Below are positions 1 to 9,628 of a stretch of DNA of 64,000 nucleotides, one piece after another. Each line of letters begins with the position of its first letter. The stretch's first letter is position 1. Origin of the DNA: Terriglobia bacterium (GTDB taxonomy: Bacteria; Acidobacteriota; Terriglobia; Bryobacterales; Bryobacteraceae); assembly GCA_963766615.1 (NCBI GenBank), contig CAVYBC010000002.1, positions 45,308 to 109,307 on the forward strand. Reading direction: 5' to 3'. The notes under the pieces were generated by a model. The model made no database searches and was not told the origin of the DNA. It saw only the letters and a list, made by a program, of their open reading frames with translations. The translations under genes and the position numbers were made by a program.

Positions 1-23
1 AAGATTGTCTGAAAATATTTTAG

Positions 24-53
24 TTGACACTAAGTTGCATTGCAGACTAATAT
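24..53 (+). promoter_or_regulatory. candidate sigma70-type promoter for the TonB-dependent receptor operon
   Basis: TTGACA at 24-29, an 18-nt spacer, and TAATAT at 48-53. A perfect AT palindrome AAAATATTTT (12-21) abuts the -35 and could be a repressor (Fur-like) site. Based on motif reading only. Confidence 0.25.
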
Positions 54-318
54 GGTCTTACTTCGCTGATCGATGCGGTTTTGCCACCCAGTTGCAAAGA
101 GTATCAGTCAGTAAAAAAGCGAGAGACGCGTTGAGAGGATAAACGCAAATCCAGTCCGGGAACCGAATCCTAGACAGAGTGGGCTCCCGGACTGGCAGAT
201 CGACAAACCCCGTAGGGCTGGCGCCCACTTCATTGTAGTGCGCCCGCCTCACGGTTTCAATTTATTCCGAAACGGTTCTGGAGGATAACATAATGGGCCT
301 CAATGAAGGTGGTTCGAA

Positions 319-2775
319 ATGAGGATTCGCTTTAAGCGTCATGGTTTGAAGCGGATCAAAAGACCGGCCCAACGCTTCTTAGCGACCGGAGCACTAGCAT
401 TTTACACCGTAGCTGGAAGCGGAAAATATGCCCTGGCCCAGCAATCAGCCGACGTCACGAAAGTATCCCGCAGCCAGTCTTCGAATCTGCCAGTTGTACG
501 GTTCGACATTCCTGCAGGTAGCCTCGACTCCGCGATCGCTAAATTTACTGCTGCAACAGGGTTGCATGTAAATGTTGCAAACGACGGGCTCTTCTCCCTC
601 ACTACGAAAGCAGTCAGCGGCCTCTATACTCCCGACGCGGCCCTGAAAATCCTGCTCGCCGAAACCGGATTATCCTACCGCTTCACCTCAGCGACCGACG
701 TCGTGATAGAGATCGCCCCCATCACCTCAAGCGCCGACGTCACCACCTCCGTCGCGGCCCCGATCGGTTCCTCCGCCAAGTATTCCGAACCCCTCCTCGA
801 CACTCCGCAGAGCATCGACGTCGTCTCCCAGAAAACGATGGAGGAGCAGAACGTCACCACTCTGCGCGACGCCCTCCGCAACGTGGCCGGCATCAGCATC
901 GCCGCAGGCGAAGGCGGCGCGCAGGGCGACAGCCTGACGATCCGTGGTTTCACTGCTCGAAACGATCTCTACATCGACGGTATGCGCGACTTCGGCAGCT
1001 ACTACCGCGACCCGTTCAACCTGGACGAAGTCGACGTTATCCAAGGTCCCGATTCCACCAACTTTGGCCGAGGCTCCACCGGCGGCGTGGTCAACCAAGC
1101 CACCAAGCTGCCAAACATGGACCGCTTTTTCATGGGGTCATTCGACGCCGGCACCAACGGTACCCGGCGCCTGACCGCCGACCTCGACACGCCTTTCAGC
1201 GCGTTCGGCACTCCGTCCGCTTTCCGCCTCAACGTGATGGGCGACGAAGGCGGAGTCGCGGGACGTCCCGTAGTCAACAACCGCCGCTACGGTGTCGCGC
1301 CTTCTCTTTCCTTCGGCCTGGGCAAGCCCACCCGTCTGATCATCAGCGGACTCAACCAGCAGGCCGACGACATCCCCGACTACGGCATTCCGTGGCTCTT
1401 CAACGGACCCGCCCCCGTCTCACGCCACAACTACTACGGTTTTGACAACAGCGGCAACTATCTCCGCACGCGCGACAACATCGCCACCATCCGCTTCGAG
1501 CACGACTTCGGCTCTCACTTCACCCTCCGCAATCAGAGCCGCTATGCGCGCTACGACCGCGACGTCCGGATCACCGAGCCTCAGGCCATTCTCACCACCA
1601 CGCCCGGCGTTACGCCCGGTCTCTCAACGCCGCTTTCGGCCATCGTCATCAACCGCAACCAGCTCGCAAACAACAGCATCGAAGGTTTCCTGGCAAATCA
1701 GACCGATCTCAGCGCGCATTTCAAGACTGGCTTCATCGAGCACAGTGCTACCGGCGGCGTCGAACTCGACCGCGAGGATTCCGATCCTGTTCGGCCCAAA
1801 TACACGAACGTTCCCACCACCAGCCTGTTGAATCCCGATCCCACACAGCCCTTCTTCGGGACCGCCGCCCCCAGCAGCAATGTCCACACCCGCGCCAACA
1901 CGGCCGCTGGTTATCTCACCGACGTGATGAAGCTCGGCCATCGTTGGGAACTCTCCGGCTCCATGCGGCTGGACCGCTTCGACACTCACTACACCCAATC
2001 GGTAGCTCCGGCTGCCGCGTACAACCGCGTGGACCTCATGCCTTCCTGGCACGCCGCGCTAGTCTACAAACCCGTCGCCGCTGCCAGCCTCTACGCTTCC
2101 GCGGGAACGTCCTTCAATCCTTCCGCCGAATCACTCTCTCTAAGCGCCACCACCGCCAGTCTGCCGCCGGAAAAGAACCGCACCGTGGAAGCCGGCGTGA
2201 AATGGGATTTCGCGCGTCCACGCGTCTCTGTTCACTCGGCCTTGTTCAGTACCGACAAGCTAAACGCTCGCGAGCCCGACCCCACCAATGCTCTGCTCAA
2301 CGTCCTCGCCGGCAACCAGCGCGTGCGCGGGTTTGAGGCCGGAATGAACGGTCACCTCACCAGCCGTTGGGATGCGCAAATGAGTTACGCCTATCTGGAT
2401 TCGCGCGTAGTCTCCTCCAACGCCTACCCGCTCGCCATAGGCGCGCAACTCGCCAACGTTCCGCGGCACACATTTACGTTCTGGCAGACTTTCAAGCTGC
2501 CGTACCACACCACCTTCGGCGCGGGCGGCAACTTCGTGGGCACTCGCACCGCCAGCGCGACCACTCCGCTCGATCCGATCACCGGTCTAGTCAAACAAGC
2601 CCCCGGTTACTGGGTCTTCAACGCAATGGCCGAGCATCCGATCACCGAACACATCACGCTCCACGCCAACATCTACAACATCGCCGATCGTTATTATTAC
2701 GATCAGCTCCACCCCGCCCACATCGTACTCGGCCCCGCCCGGTCCGCGTTGATAGGCGTCAAATTCCGGTTCTAA
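319..2775 (+). CDS. TonB-dependent siderophore-type receptor with N-terminal STN signalling domain
   Basis: 818-aa ORF with an AAGGTGG RBS upstream and a signal peptide. It has an STN-like segment ([19 protein letters not shown]...[15 protein letters not shown]), a plug region ([33 protein letters not shown]) and a terminal aromatic residue (GVKFRF) typical of TBDT barrels. Confidence 0.9.
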   Translation: MRIRFKRHGLKRIKRPAQRFLATGALAFYTVAGSGKYALAQQSADVTKVSRSQSSNLPVVRFDIPAGSLDSAIAKFTAATGLHVNVANDGLFSLTTKAVSGLYTPDAALKILLAETGLSYRFTSATDVVIEIAPITSSADVTTSVAAPIGSSAKYSEPLLDTPQSIDVVSQKTMEEQNVTTLRDALRNVAGISIAAGEGGAQGDSLTIRGFTARNDLYIDGMRDFGSYYRDPFNLDEVDVIQGPDSTNFGRGSTGGVVNQATKLPNMDRFFMGSFDAGTNGTRRLTADLDTPFSAFGTPSAFRLNVMGDEGGVAGRPVVNNRRYGVAPSLSFGLGKPTRLIISGLNQQADDIPDYGIPWLFNGPAPVSRHNYYGFDNSGNYLRTRDNIATIRFEHDFGSHFTLRNQSRYARYDRDVRITEPQAILTTTPGVTPGLSTPLSAIVINRNQLANNSIEGFLANQTDLSAHFKTGFIEHSATGGVELDREDSDPVRPKYTNVPTTSLLNPDPTQPFFGTAAPSSNVHTRANTAAGYLTDVMKLGHRWELSGSMRLDRFDTHYTQSVAPAAAYNRVDLMPSWHAALVYKPVAAASLYASAGTSFNPSAESLSLSATTASLPPEKNRTVEAGVKWDFARPRVSVHSALFSTDKLNAREPDPTNALLNVLAGNQRVRGFEAGMNGHLTSRWDAQMSYAYLDSRVVSSNAYPLAIGAQLANVPRHTFTFWQTFKLPYHTTFGAGGNFVGTRTASATTPLDPITGLVKQAPGYWVFNAMAEHPITEHITLHANIYNIADRYYYDQLHPAHIVLGPARSALIGVKFRF

Positions 2776-2777
2776 AC

Positions 2778-3455
2778 ATGCTCCTTCCCATTCCCTCCGT
2801 CCTCACCCCCGACCAAGTAGCCCACGCGCGCCAAATCCTGGAGCGGGCCGATTGGGTGGACGGCAAAGTCACCGCCGGCCACCAGTCCTCCCACGCCAAG
2901 GACAATATGCAAATCCCGGAGAACCATCCCGCCGCTCGCGAGGTCGGCGAAATGATCCTCTCCGCGTTGGGACGGAATGTCCTGTTCATTTCCGCAGCGC
3001 TGCCTGCACAGGTGTTTCCTCCGTTGTTCAATCGTTACTCGGGCGGGCAGGCCTTCGGCACGCACGTCGATAACGCCATCCGTCAGGTAGCAGGCTCAGG
3101 AGCCCGCATCCGTACCGACCTCTCCGCCAGTCTCTTCTTCTCCGCTCCCGAAGAATACGAAGGCGGCGAACTGGTGGTCGAAGATACCTACGGTACGCAC
3201 CAGGTAAAACTCCCTCCAGGTCACATGATTCTCTATCCGTCGACAAGTCTGCATCACGTCCGCCCGGTGACGCGCGGCACCCGCCTGTGTTCCTTTTTCT
3301 GGATTCAAAGCATGATTCGAGACGACGGCGAGCGTACCCTGCTCTTTGATCTGGACACCGCCATTCAAAGCCTCGACCAGGATCCGCCCAGCCCCGCTGC
3401 AGTACAACTCACCGGCGTCTATCACAACCTGGTCCGCCGCTGGGCCGACGTATAG
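2778..3455 (+). CDS. piuC: Fe(II)/2-oxoglutarate-dependent PKHD-type hydroxylase (PiuC/YbiX family)
   Basis: The ATG lies 2 nt after the receptor stop. The 225-aa product [14 protein letters not shown]...[10 protein letters not shown]...[11 protein letters not shown]...[10 protein letters not shown] matches the PiuC/YbiX layout with an HxD...H iron triad. The upstream part of the 2367 ORF is read-through of the receptor gene in another frame. Confidence 0.85.
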   Translation: MLLPIPSVLTPDQVAHARQILERADWVDGKVTAGHQSSHAKDNMQIPENHPAAREVGEMILSALGRNVLFISAALPAQVFPPLFNRYSGGQAFGTHVDNAIRQVAGSGARIRTDLSASLFFSAPEEYEGGELVVEDTYGTHQVKLPPGHMILYPSTSLHHVRPVTRGTRLCSFFWIQSMIRDDGERTLLFDLDTAIQSLDQDPPSPAAVQLTGVYHNLVRRWADV

Positions 3456-3467
3456 CAGTCACAGTCT

Positions 3468-4307
3468 TCAGGGCCTAAGTGTGCCCGCCGATATCTTCTT
3501 TACGTGAACCTCGGTCAACTTCATGAGCTTCGCCCCAGGCACAAACTTAGCCAGCTCTCTGCTCTGGAGCGCGAATTCCAGATTTCTCCAGGCCAGGTTC
3601 GCGTGCTCCCGCATGATGCTCTCCGCGCGAGCGCCGTCATTGCTTGATATCGCTTCCGCCACGCTCCGATGGTGATCCAGCGCGAGTAAAAATATCTCTC
3701 GAAACTGCGGCGCCAAATAGTGCCGCCGCAGAAATGAGCTGGGCGACGCGAACGGCAAAGAGGACACGTGCTCCAGCGCGCGCCGAAGTATCCGGCTACC
3801 CGACAAGCGAACCAGCTCCGTATGAAATTGGACATTCAATTCGATGTACGCCGCCAGGCAATCCAGCGTGAGTGTGCGCCGTTGCACCAGCGCGATCATT
3901 TCGTAGCTAAGCGCATGTAAGGCCGCCACCTCGCGCGCATCTTTCACTCTCTCCGCGGCGAGCCTGGCCGCGTTGCCCTCCAGCAGACCTCGCAATTGAA
4001 TCGAGTCATAGATGTCGTCCACCGAAAATTGCGGCACCACAAACCCGGTAGTGGGTCGAACCTCCAGCAACCCCTCGTTGGCCAACCTCTCCAGTGCAAT
4101 CCGAAGGGGAATTCGCGATACCTTCATTTCCTCCGACAGCGGAACTTCACGGATTCGCTCGCCGGGCTGGAATTTCCCTTCTAACAGCAGCTCTCTCAAC
4201 GACAGCGTGGCACGTGCAGTTTGCGATCCACCTTGCGAGTCTCCATTCACTGGATCCTTCGCGCGCGAAGTTTTGGCCGGGGTCGAACGGACACGGGGCG
4301 GCGGCAT
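3468..4307 (-). CDS. GntR/FadR-family transcriptional regulator (wHTH plus FCD domain)
   Basis: wHTH segment ERIREVPLSEEMKVSRIPLRIALERLANEGLLEV followed by a helical FCD-like C-terminal domain. I placed the start at the internal ATG (4307) to avoid overlapping the neighbouring LysR gene. Confidence 0.8.
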   Translation of the reverse strand: MPPPRVRSTPAKTSRAKDPVNGDSQGGSQTARATLSLRELLLEGKFQPGERIREVPLSEEMKVSRIPLRIALERLANEGLLEVRPTTGFVVPQFSVDDIYDSIQLRGLLEGNAARLAAERVKDAREVAALHALSYEMIALVQRRTLTLDCLAAYIELNVQFHTELVRLSGSRILRRALEHVSSLPFASPSSFLRRHYLAPQFREIFLLALDHHRSVAEAISSNDGARAESIMREHANLAWRNLEFALQSRELAKFVPGAKLMKLTEVHVKKISAGTLRP

Positions 4308-4330
4308 AGTTCTCTTTCTCAAAATTGCCA

Positions 4331-5236
4331 CTAAGACGCGAGAAAGAGTTCCGCCATCACCGCCCGGAACCAGCGGTTGGCCGGGTCGTGCGTGTAGCGC
4401 TCGTGCCAATGTTGAACGATGTGATAGCTGGGAATCGCAAAAGGCGGAGGAAAGACTTTGATCTTTCCAGCCGCCGCTAAGTGCTTGCCCAACTGCGCGG
4501 GCAAGACAGCAATATAGTCGGTTTCAGCGATCAGCGAACCCACGCCAAGGAAGCTTGGAACCGTAAGGCCGATCGTTCGCTGAATGTGCTTGGCTTCCAG
4601 TGTTTGTTCCACGATTCCGTGCCCTGTGCCCGACGTTGAAATCGCCAGATGCGCCTCCGCCTCAAACTGCGCCAGTGTGAGCGCCTTTCCAATTCGCGGA
4701 TGGTCGGCCCGGACAGCACAAACAAATTTCTCGCGGAATAGCCGTTGTTGGCAAAACCCGGCGCCCATCGGTGGGATGAACCCGACCGCCAAGTCTCCTG
4801 CTCCTGATTCAAGACATTTTGCTGTGGTTTCAGAGATTCTTCGGAGATCGATGTGAACGCCAGGCGCGGTCTCAGCAATATGCTTGATTAACGGGGGCAA
4901 CAGCGTTACTTGAGCGATGTCGGTGGAATAGAGGTGAAACGTGCGGTCGGAGGTTAGTGGGTCGAAGACAACATGGTGCCCCAGAACCGTATGCAAAATT
5001 CCCTCCGCCTGCTTGAGCAACCGAATCAGCTCGATTGCATGCGGCGTAGGCTCCATGCCTGACGATGTTCTGACGAAGAGAGGATCGTTGAAGTGCTTGC
5101 GGAGCTTTGCCAGCGTCATGCTAATGGCAGATTGGCTTAGGGCCAGGTTCTCGGCTGCGTGGGAGACGCTTCTGGTTTCGTGAAGTTCGCTGATCACTTC
5201 AAGCAGCCTCAGGTCGATGTTCCGTATGCTGGACAT
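4331..5236 (-). CDS. LysR-family transcriptional regulator
   Basis: N-terminal HTH IDLRLLEVISELHETRSVSHAAENLALSQSAISMTLAKLRKHF and a LysR substrate-binding domain. The start MSSIRN at 5236 fits the usual LysR N-terminus. The longer ORF runs to 5380. Confidence 0.8.
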   Translation of the reverse strand: MSSIRNIDLRLLEVISELHETRSVSHAAENLALSQSAISMTLAKLRKHFNDPLFVRTSSGMEPTPHAIELIRLLKQAEGILHTVLGHHVVFDPLTSDRTFHLYSTDIAQVTLLPPLIKHIAETAPGVHIDLRRISETTAKCLESGAGDLAVGFIPPMGAGFCQQRLFREKFVCAVRADHPRIGKALTLAQFEAEAHLAISTSGTGHGIVEQTLEAKHIQRTIGLTVPSFLGVGSLIAETDYIAVLPAQLGKHLAAAGKIKVFPPPFAIPSYHIVQHWHERYTHDPANRWFRAVMAELFLAS

Positions 5237-5430
5237 GCGGTGCGGAGGTTGAATGCGCTTGAGCCTCGGCACCTTGGATTGACCTAACGTCACGGTAGGT
5301 CCTGTATGTTGCGCGGCCAGACGAGAAGGCCTAAATTCGGCCGCAGGGGCGGCCATAGCAATTGGATACGCATCCGACATGGGGCGTGAACAGCTCCTTA
5401 ACCTAAATCTCGGTACAGGCTAGCACAGAA

Positions 5431-5515
5431 ATGCATGCATTACCAGGGTACGCTCGCGAGCAAGGTCACGCACGGCGTCGCAAAACCACCCGGAATCCAC
5501 TTACTATGCATGCAT
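5431..5515. promoter_or_regulatory. two identical 10-bp perfect palindromes ATGCATGCAT (5431-5440, 5506-5515), candidate operator pair upstream of the LysR gene
   Basis: Read directly from the sequence. The centres are 75 bp apart in the long non-coding region upstream of the LysR start. Confidence 0.25.
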
Positions 5516-5528
5516 ATTGGGGAATGTG

Positions 5529-5639
5529 GCGCACGCACTCGTGCGTGCCGCGTCGACAATCGTGTCGACGCCTGGAGCCTTATGAAACATTGACAGGCGT
5601 CGAGAAAGTCTCGACGCGGCACGCAAAGTGCGTGCGCAC
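5529..5639. repeat. 111-bp compound inverted repeat; each arm carries two short palindromes
   Basis: Left arm 5529-5574 and the reverse complement of right arm 5594-5639 are near-identical (GCGCACGCACT..TGCGTGCCGCGTCGA......TCGACGCCTG). The internal hairpins are GCACGCAC/GTGCGTGC, GTCGACA/TGTCGAC, GTCGAGA/TCTCGAC and GCACGCA/TGCGTGC. Confidence 0.7.
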
Positions 5640-5654
5640 ATCGGTTGTTGGGGG

Positions 5655-5689
5655 CCCTAAAAACGCTTCAGGCCCGAAGGACTCGGGCC
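5655..5689 (-). terminator. rho-independent terminator downstream of the minus-strand PQQ dehydrogenase
   Basis: On the minus strand, hairpin GGCCCGAGTCCTTCGGGCC is followed by TGAAGCGTTTTT. Confidence 0.5.
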
Positions 5690-5808
5690 TGAGCGGGGGT
5701 TAGTTGTAGCGCGAGACGATTTTTAGCAGTATGGTCGGATTCTGCTATTTGGTCAATGGAACGCCGTTGATAGTCGATATCATTCCCGTTGACCCGTTAA
5801 CCTTTTGC

Positions 5809-7528
5809 TTACGGCAGCGAGAACACATAAATCGAGTTGTGTCCTCTCGGCGTTTTCATTTCAGGAAACTCACCCGAAAGTTCCGGTACTTTGGGATTGT
5901 CTCCAGTCATCACCGCGACGTACTGTTTGCCATTCACTGCATACGTCACGGTACTCACGGAAATGTTCCCGCCCAAGATCGACTCCCATAATTGCTTGCC
6001 CGTGGCGGCGTCAAACGCCCGGAAGCGCCGGTTCATATCGCCATGAAAAACCAGATCGCCCGCAGTCGCGAGCATGCCGCCATTGCCGGGGGTGCGGCCG
6101 ACGTCGAACCGCGTGATCTCGCCAGTCGACAGATTGATCTTCGCGAGTCCCGTCATCGCGTTCGGATCTGAGCCCGGCCGTGGAACCACCTTCCACGTTT
6201 CCCGGGTCCCCGGACCCGCAATCGTCAGGTCGCGGCAATTATCAATGTAGGAAGTGTACAGCGAATTCGTGTTTGGGGAGTAAGCGGTCGGCCAGTAGCT
6301 TCTGGTGTTCCAGTAGCAGATCACGTGCTGCTCGCCGGGCTTCTTGAATACCAGATCCCAATTGATTGTTGTCTTGCCCGTCTTCGGATCGATGCCCGAC
6401 AAAACCCAGTTGGGAGTATCGAACGGAAACGGGTGTCGCCCATAAGAACTGGCCGTTACCCCGATCCAGCGCGAAGATCCCACCTGCCTCCCCGATCGCT
6501 ACCGTGATGTCGCGCTCCTCGCCCTTCTTGATGTCGGGATTGATGTACTTCACGAACTTCGGATCGGGATTCACGCGCGTGTGCACCAGCGTCCGTTCGT
6601 GCGTATAATCGGAATCCCAATCGTCGCCGGGAAGATGCTGGTAATACCATGCGAGCTTTCCCGTATTCGGATCCAGCGCGATCGTCGAGTTGCTGTACAG
6701 ATCGGCGGGCGCGGTCTTGGACACCGCTTCTGGATTACCGTTGTGGCGAGCCATGCGCTGATCCGGCATAGCGTTTGCGACGCCCCAATAAATCAAATGT
6801 CGCGTGGGATCGTACGTACCCGGCAAGCCCCACGTAGATGCGAGTCTCTTGTCCAGATCCGCGCCGCCCCATGTTTCATCGCCGGGTTCACCGGGTCCAG
6901 CCGTGGTGTAAAACTTCCATAATTCCTTGCCCGTTTTTGCATCGGTCGCCATGATGAAGCACTTCGTGCGCGGACCGCCGCCGCACGATCCGCCCGAAAT
7001 CGCTTTGCCGTCGACCACGAAAGCACCCGAGCTGTTTCCGCGCCCATAAGTATTCGCCGTCCATCGAAGTTCACCGGTGCGAGCATCCAGGCCGACCTCG
7101 GCATCCGGCGCATCATACACAACGATGTCATCGTAGATCGCCAGGCTCTTCGGCCGAGCCTGTCCTGCAACATTAGCCGCTACGGGCCGCTTGTATTCCC
7201 AGAGCACATCGCCGTTGGTGGCGTTCAGAGCCTGCACCACCGCGCTTGGGTTGATCACATACATGACGCCGTCGTGAATAAGAGGAATGGTTTCGGTCTG
7301 GCCGGCTCCCATGCCGCGCTCCCAAGCCAAGCGGAGTTGACTGACGTTCCCCTTGTTGATCTGCTTCAGCGGACTGAATCTCTGGCCGTCGTAGGTTCTG
7401 CTGAACATCAACCAGTCGTTCGGACTGGGATTCAGCAGCATGTCTTCGGTGACCGGCTTGAAATTCTGGACCTGCCCGAAAGCCGCCGCGCCACACGCAG
7501 CGATTGCGAGAATCAGTTTCTTGGTCAT
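5809..7528 (-). pseudogene. PQQ-dependent dehydrogenase (methanol/ethanol-family beta-propeller), reading frame broken near 6430
   Basis: The N-terminal ORF 6242-7528 (signal peptide, PQQ propeller motifs) and the C-terminal ORF 5809-6483 are contiguous homologous halves. The frames join at ...FLWATP | FPFDTPNWV, with one extra base (or two missing) at about 6430. Confidence 0.8.
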
Positions 7529-7608
7529 ACGCTTCCTCTCAGCTCAGTGTGCATCATAAAGGAAAGCGCGGGTTATAATCCACCCTTGGGCTTGGAGAAA
7601 AATCATAA

Positions 7609-9547
7609 ATGGTAAGGTGCGCACTACTAGTAACGCTGGCCTCAGGGCTCAGCTTGTTCAGCCAGTCGAAAACTTCACCCGCGAACGGCGATTGGCCGAT
7701 GTTTCTCCACGATCTGGCGGGAACTCGCTATTCGCCGCTGACGCAGATCGATACGAAAAATGTATCGAGCCTCACCCCGGCTTGGATGTATCGCTTCAAT
7801 CGCGAGGGCAAGACGATCAAGGGTAACAGCCCGAGCGAGCTTTATCAGGAGATCACGCCGATCGTCGTGCAGGGTGTGATGTACCTGCCGGCCGGAGACC
7901 GCGTTGTCGCGCTTGACCCGGTGACGGGCAAAGAGATTTGGACGCACGAAGTGGAGGGCGGACTCGCGTCGTTTCGAGGGGTGAGTTATTGGGCGGGCGA
8001 TCGCAATAATCCGCCGCGGATCATTTATACGTCGGCACACAAGATGATCGGGTTGAACGCGAAGACGGGAACTATCGATCCGGGATTCGGGAAAGAAGGC
8101 GAGGTCCCGCTAGAGGTTGCTTACGACGGCGCGCCGACCATTTACAAAAATCTTCTGCTGATCGGCACGAACTTCTATGGTCCGGGCGACCGGCACATCA
8201 ATCCTGCGCTGGATCAAGGAGGAGGCCAGCCGGGCGATGTTCATGGCTATGATGTCCGCACGGGCAAACAGCTTTGGGAATTCCATACCATTCCGCGCCC
8301 TGGCGAACCAGGGATCGAAACCTGGCAGAAGGAAGGCAGCGGCGCAAACAGGACCGGCAATAATGTTTGGGCGTTCGCGCTTACTGTTGATGAAGAGCGC
8401 GGGATTCTTTACCTGCCTGTAAGCGGTCCGGGCGCGAACTTTTATGGCGGCGACCGGCCTGGAAATAATCTGTACGGGAATACTCTGGTTGCAGTGGACG
8501 CGCAGACGGGAAAGGTCAAGTGGAATTTCCAAACGGTTCGTCATGAACTGTGGGATTACAACCTGCCGCCCGCACCCAGCCTGATTGACATCGTGAAAGA
8601 CGGCGTGAAGATTCCGGCGCTGGTGCAGGTGGGCAAGTCGGGCTACATGTTTATCTTGAATCGCGTGACGGGTAAGCCAATTTTTGGCGTGGAAGACAGG
8701 CCCGTGGCGCAAGGCGACGTGCCGGGCGAGTGGTACGCGCCTACGCAGCCATTTCCGTTGAAGCCCCCGCCGATTTCGCGGACCAGCTTTACAAAGGACG
8801 ACTTGGTAAGGCCGGAAGACACGACGCCGGAACATGCCAAGGCATGTCTCGGATTTGTACAACAAGCTGAATCTCTATAATGGCGGTCCGTTCACTCCGT
8901 TTCTTCTTCATGAGGCGGGCGTCGCTTCCAAACCTTCGCTAGTTTTCCCTGGCTTCACCGGCGGGGCGAACTGGGGCGGAACGGCTGTCGATCCTAAGCT
9001 TGGTCTTATTTTCGTGAACACCAAGGACGCTCCGGCGGTGGGGTGGATGGAGAAGAATCCCAAGTATGTGCCTGGCAATCCGGATGGAATCGAGCCTTAT
9101 ATTAGGACCGCGCCGCAAGGGGCAGGCCAATTCAGCGCGACCGTGCGGGATTCCGCGGGCAAAGTGATTGGAAATTGGCCATGCTATCGTCCGCCGTGGG
9201 GGAGGTTGATCGCGGTGAATGCGAAGACCGGCGACTTCGCTTGGGAGGTTCCGCTCGGCGTGACGGATTCGCTGCCCGAGGGCAAACAGAACACGGGATC
9301 GACCAACAGTGCTGGTGTGATCGCCACTGCGGGCGGCCTGATCTTCGTCGGCTCGACCGCGGACTCGCGATTCCGTGCGTTCGATTCGCGGACGGGCAAG
9401 GAATTGTGGGTAACCAAGCTCGACCACACTGCGACAGCGATCCCGATGACCTATCTGGGCAAGAACGGGAAGCAATATGTCGCGATCGTGGCCGCGGCGG
9501 CCGGGCGCGGCGACAACCAGGGCCTGGTTGTTTACAGCCTGCCGTAA
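7609..9547 (+). pseudogene. PQQ-dependent dehydrogenase (glucose/quinate-like soluble quinoprotein), reading frame broken near 8848
   Basis: ORFs 7609-8880 and 8834-9547 are the two halves of one propeller protein. They join at ...TPEHAKAC | SDLYNKLNLYNGGPFTP. The C-terminal W-motif GKQYVAIVAAAAG...VVYSLP is typical of the family. Confidence 0.8.
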
Positions 9548-9628
9548 TTGATGGGCTGAATCATTTTAAGTGATAGGCCCGGTTGAGTTTGCTGCCCGGT
9601 GAAATATAATCGTACTGGCCTCAAGCTG

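Noticed and set aside
58-252. 64-aa minus-strand ORF in the receptor leader
   Set aside because: It has no RBS and an odd composition. It spans the 11-bp-stem hairpin and lies antisense within a probable 5-prime UTR, so I treat it as a chance ORF.
100-318. Possible cobalamin riboswitch upstream of the TonB-dependent receptor
   Set aside because: A GGGAA...AATCC...CCCG.ACTG string superficially resembles the B12 core. However, the GGGA is locked in a perfect stem, I cannot find a B12 box (AGYCMGGAGACCKGCC-like), and the receptor has an STN domain and a PiuC partner typical of siderophore systems. A cmscan is needed to be sure.
5431-5703. 90-aa plus-strand ORF in the LysR/PQQ intergenic region
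   Set aside because: It runs straight through the palindromic repeat array and the terminator and has Arg/Cys-rich composition. I treat it as non-coding.
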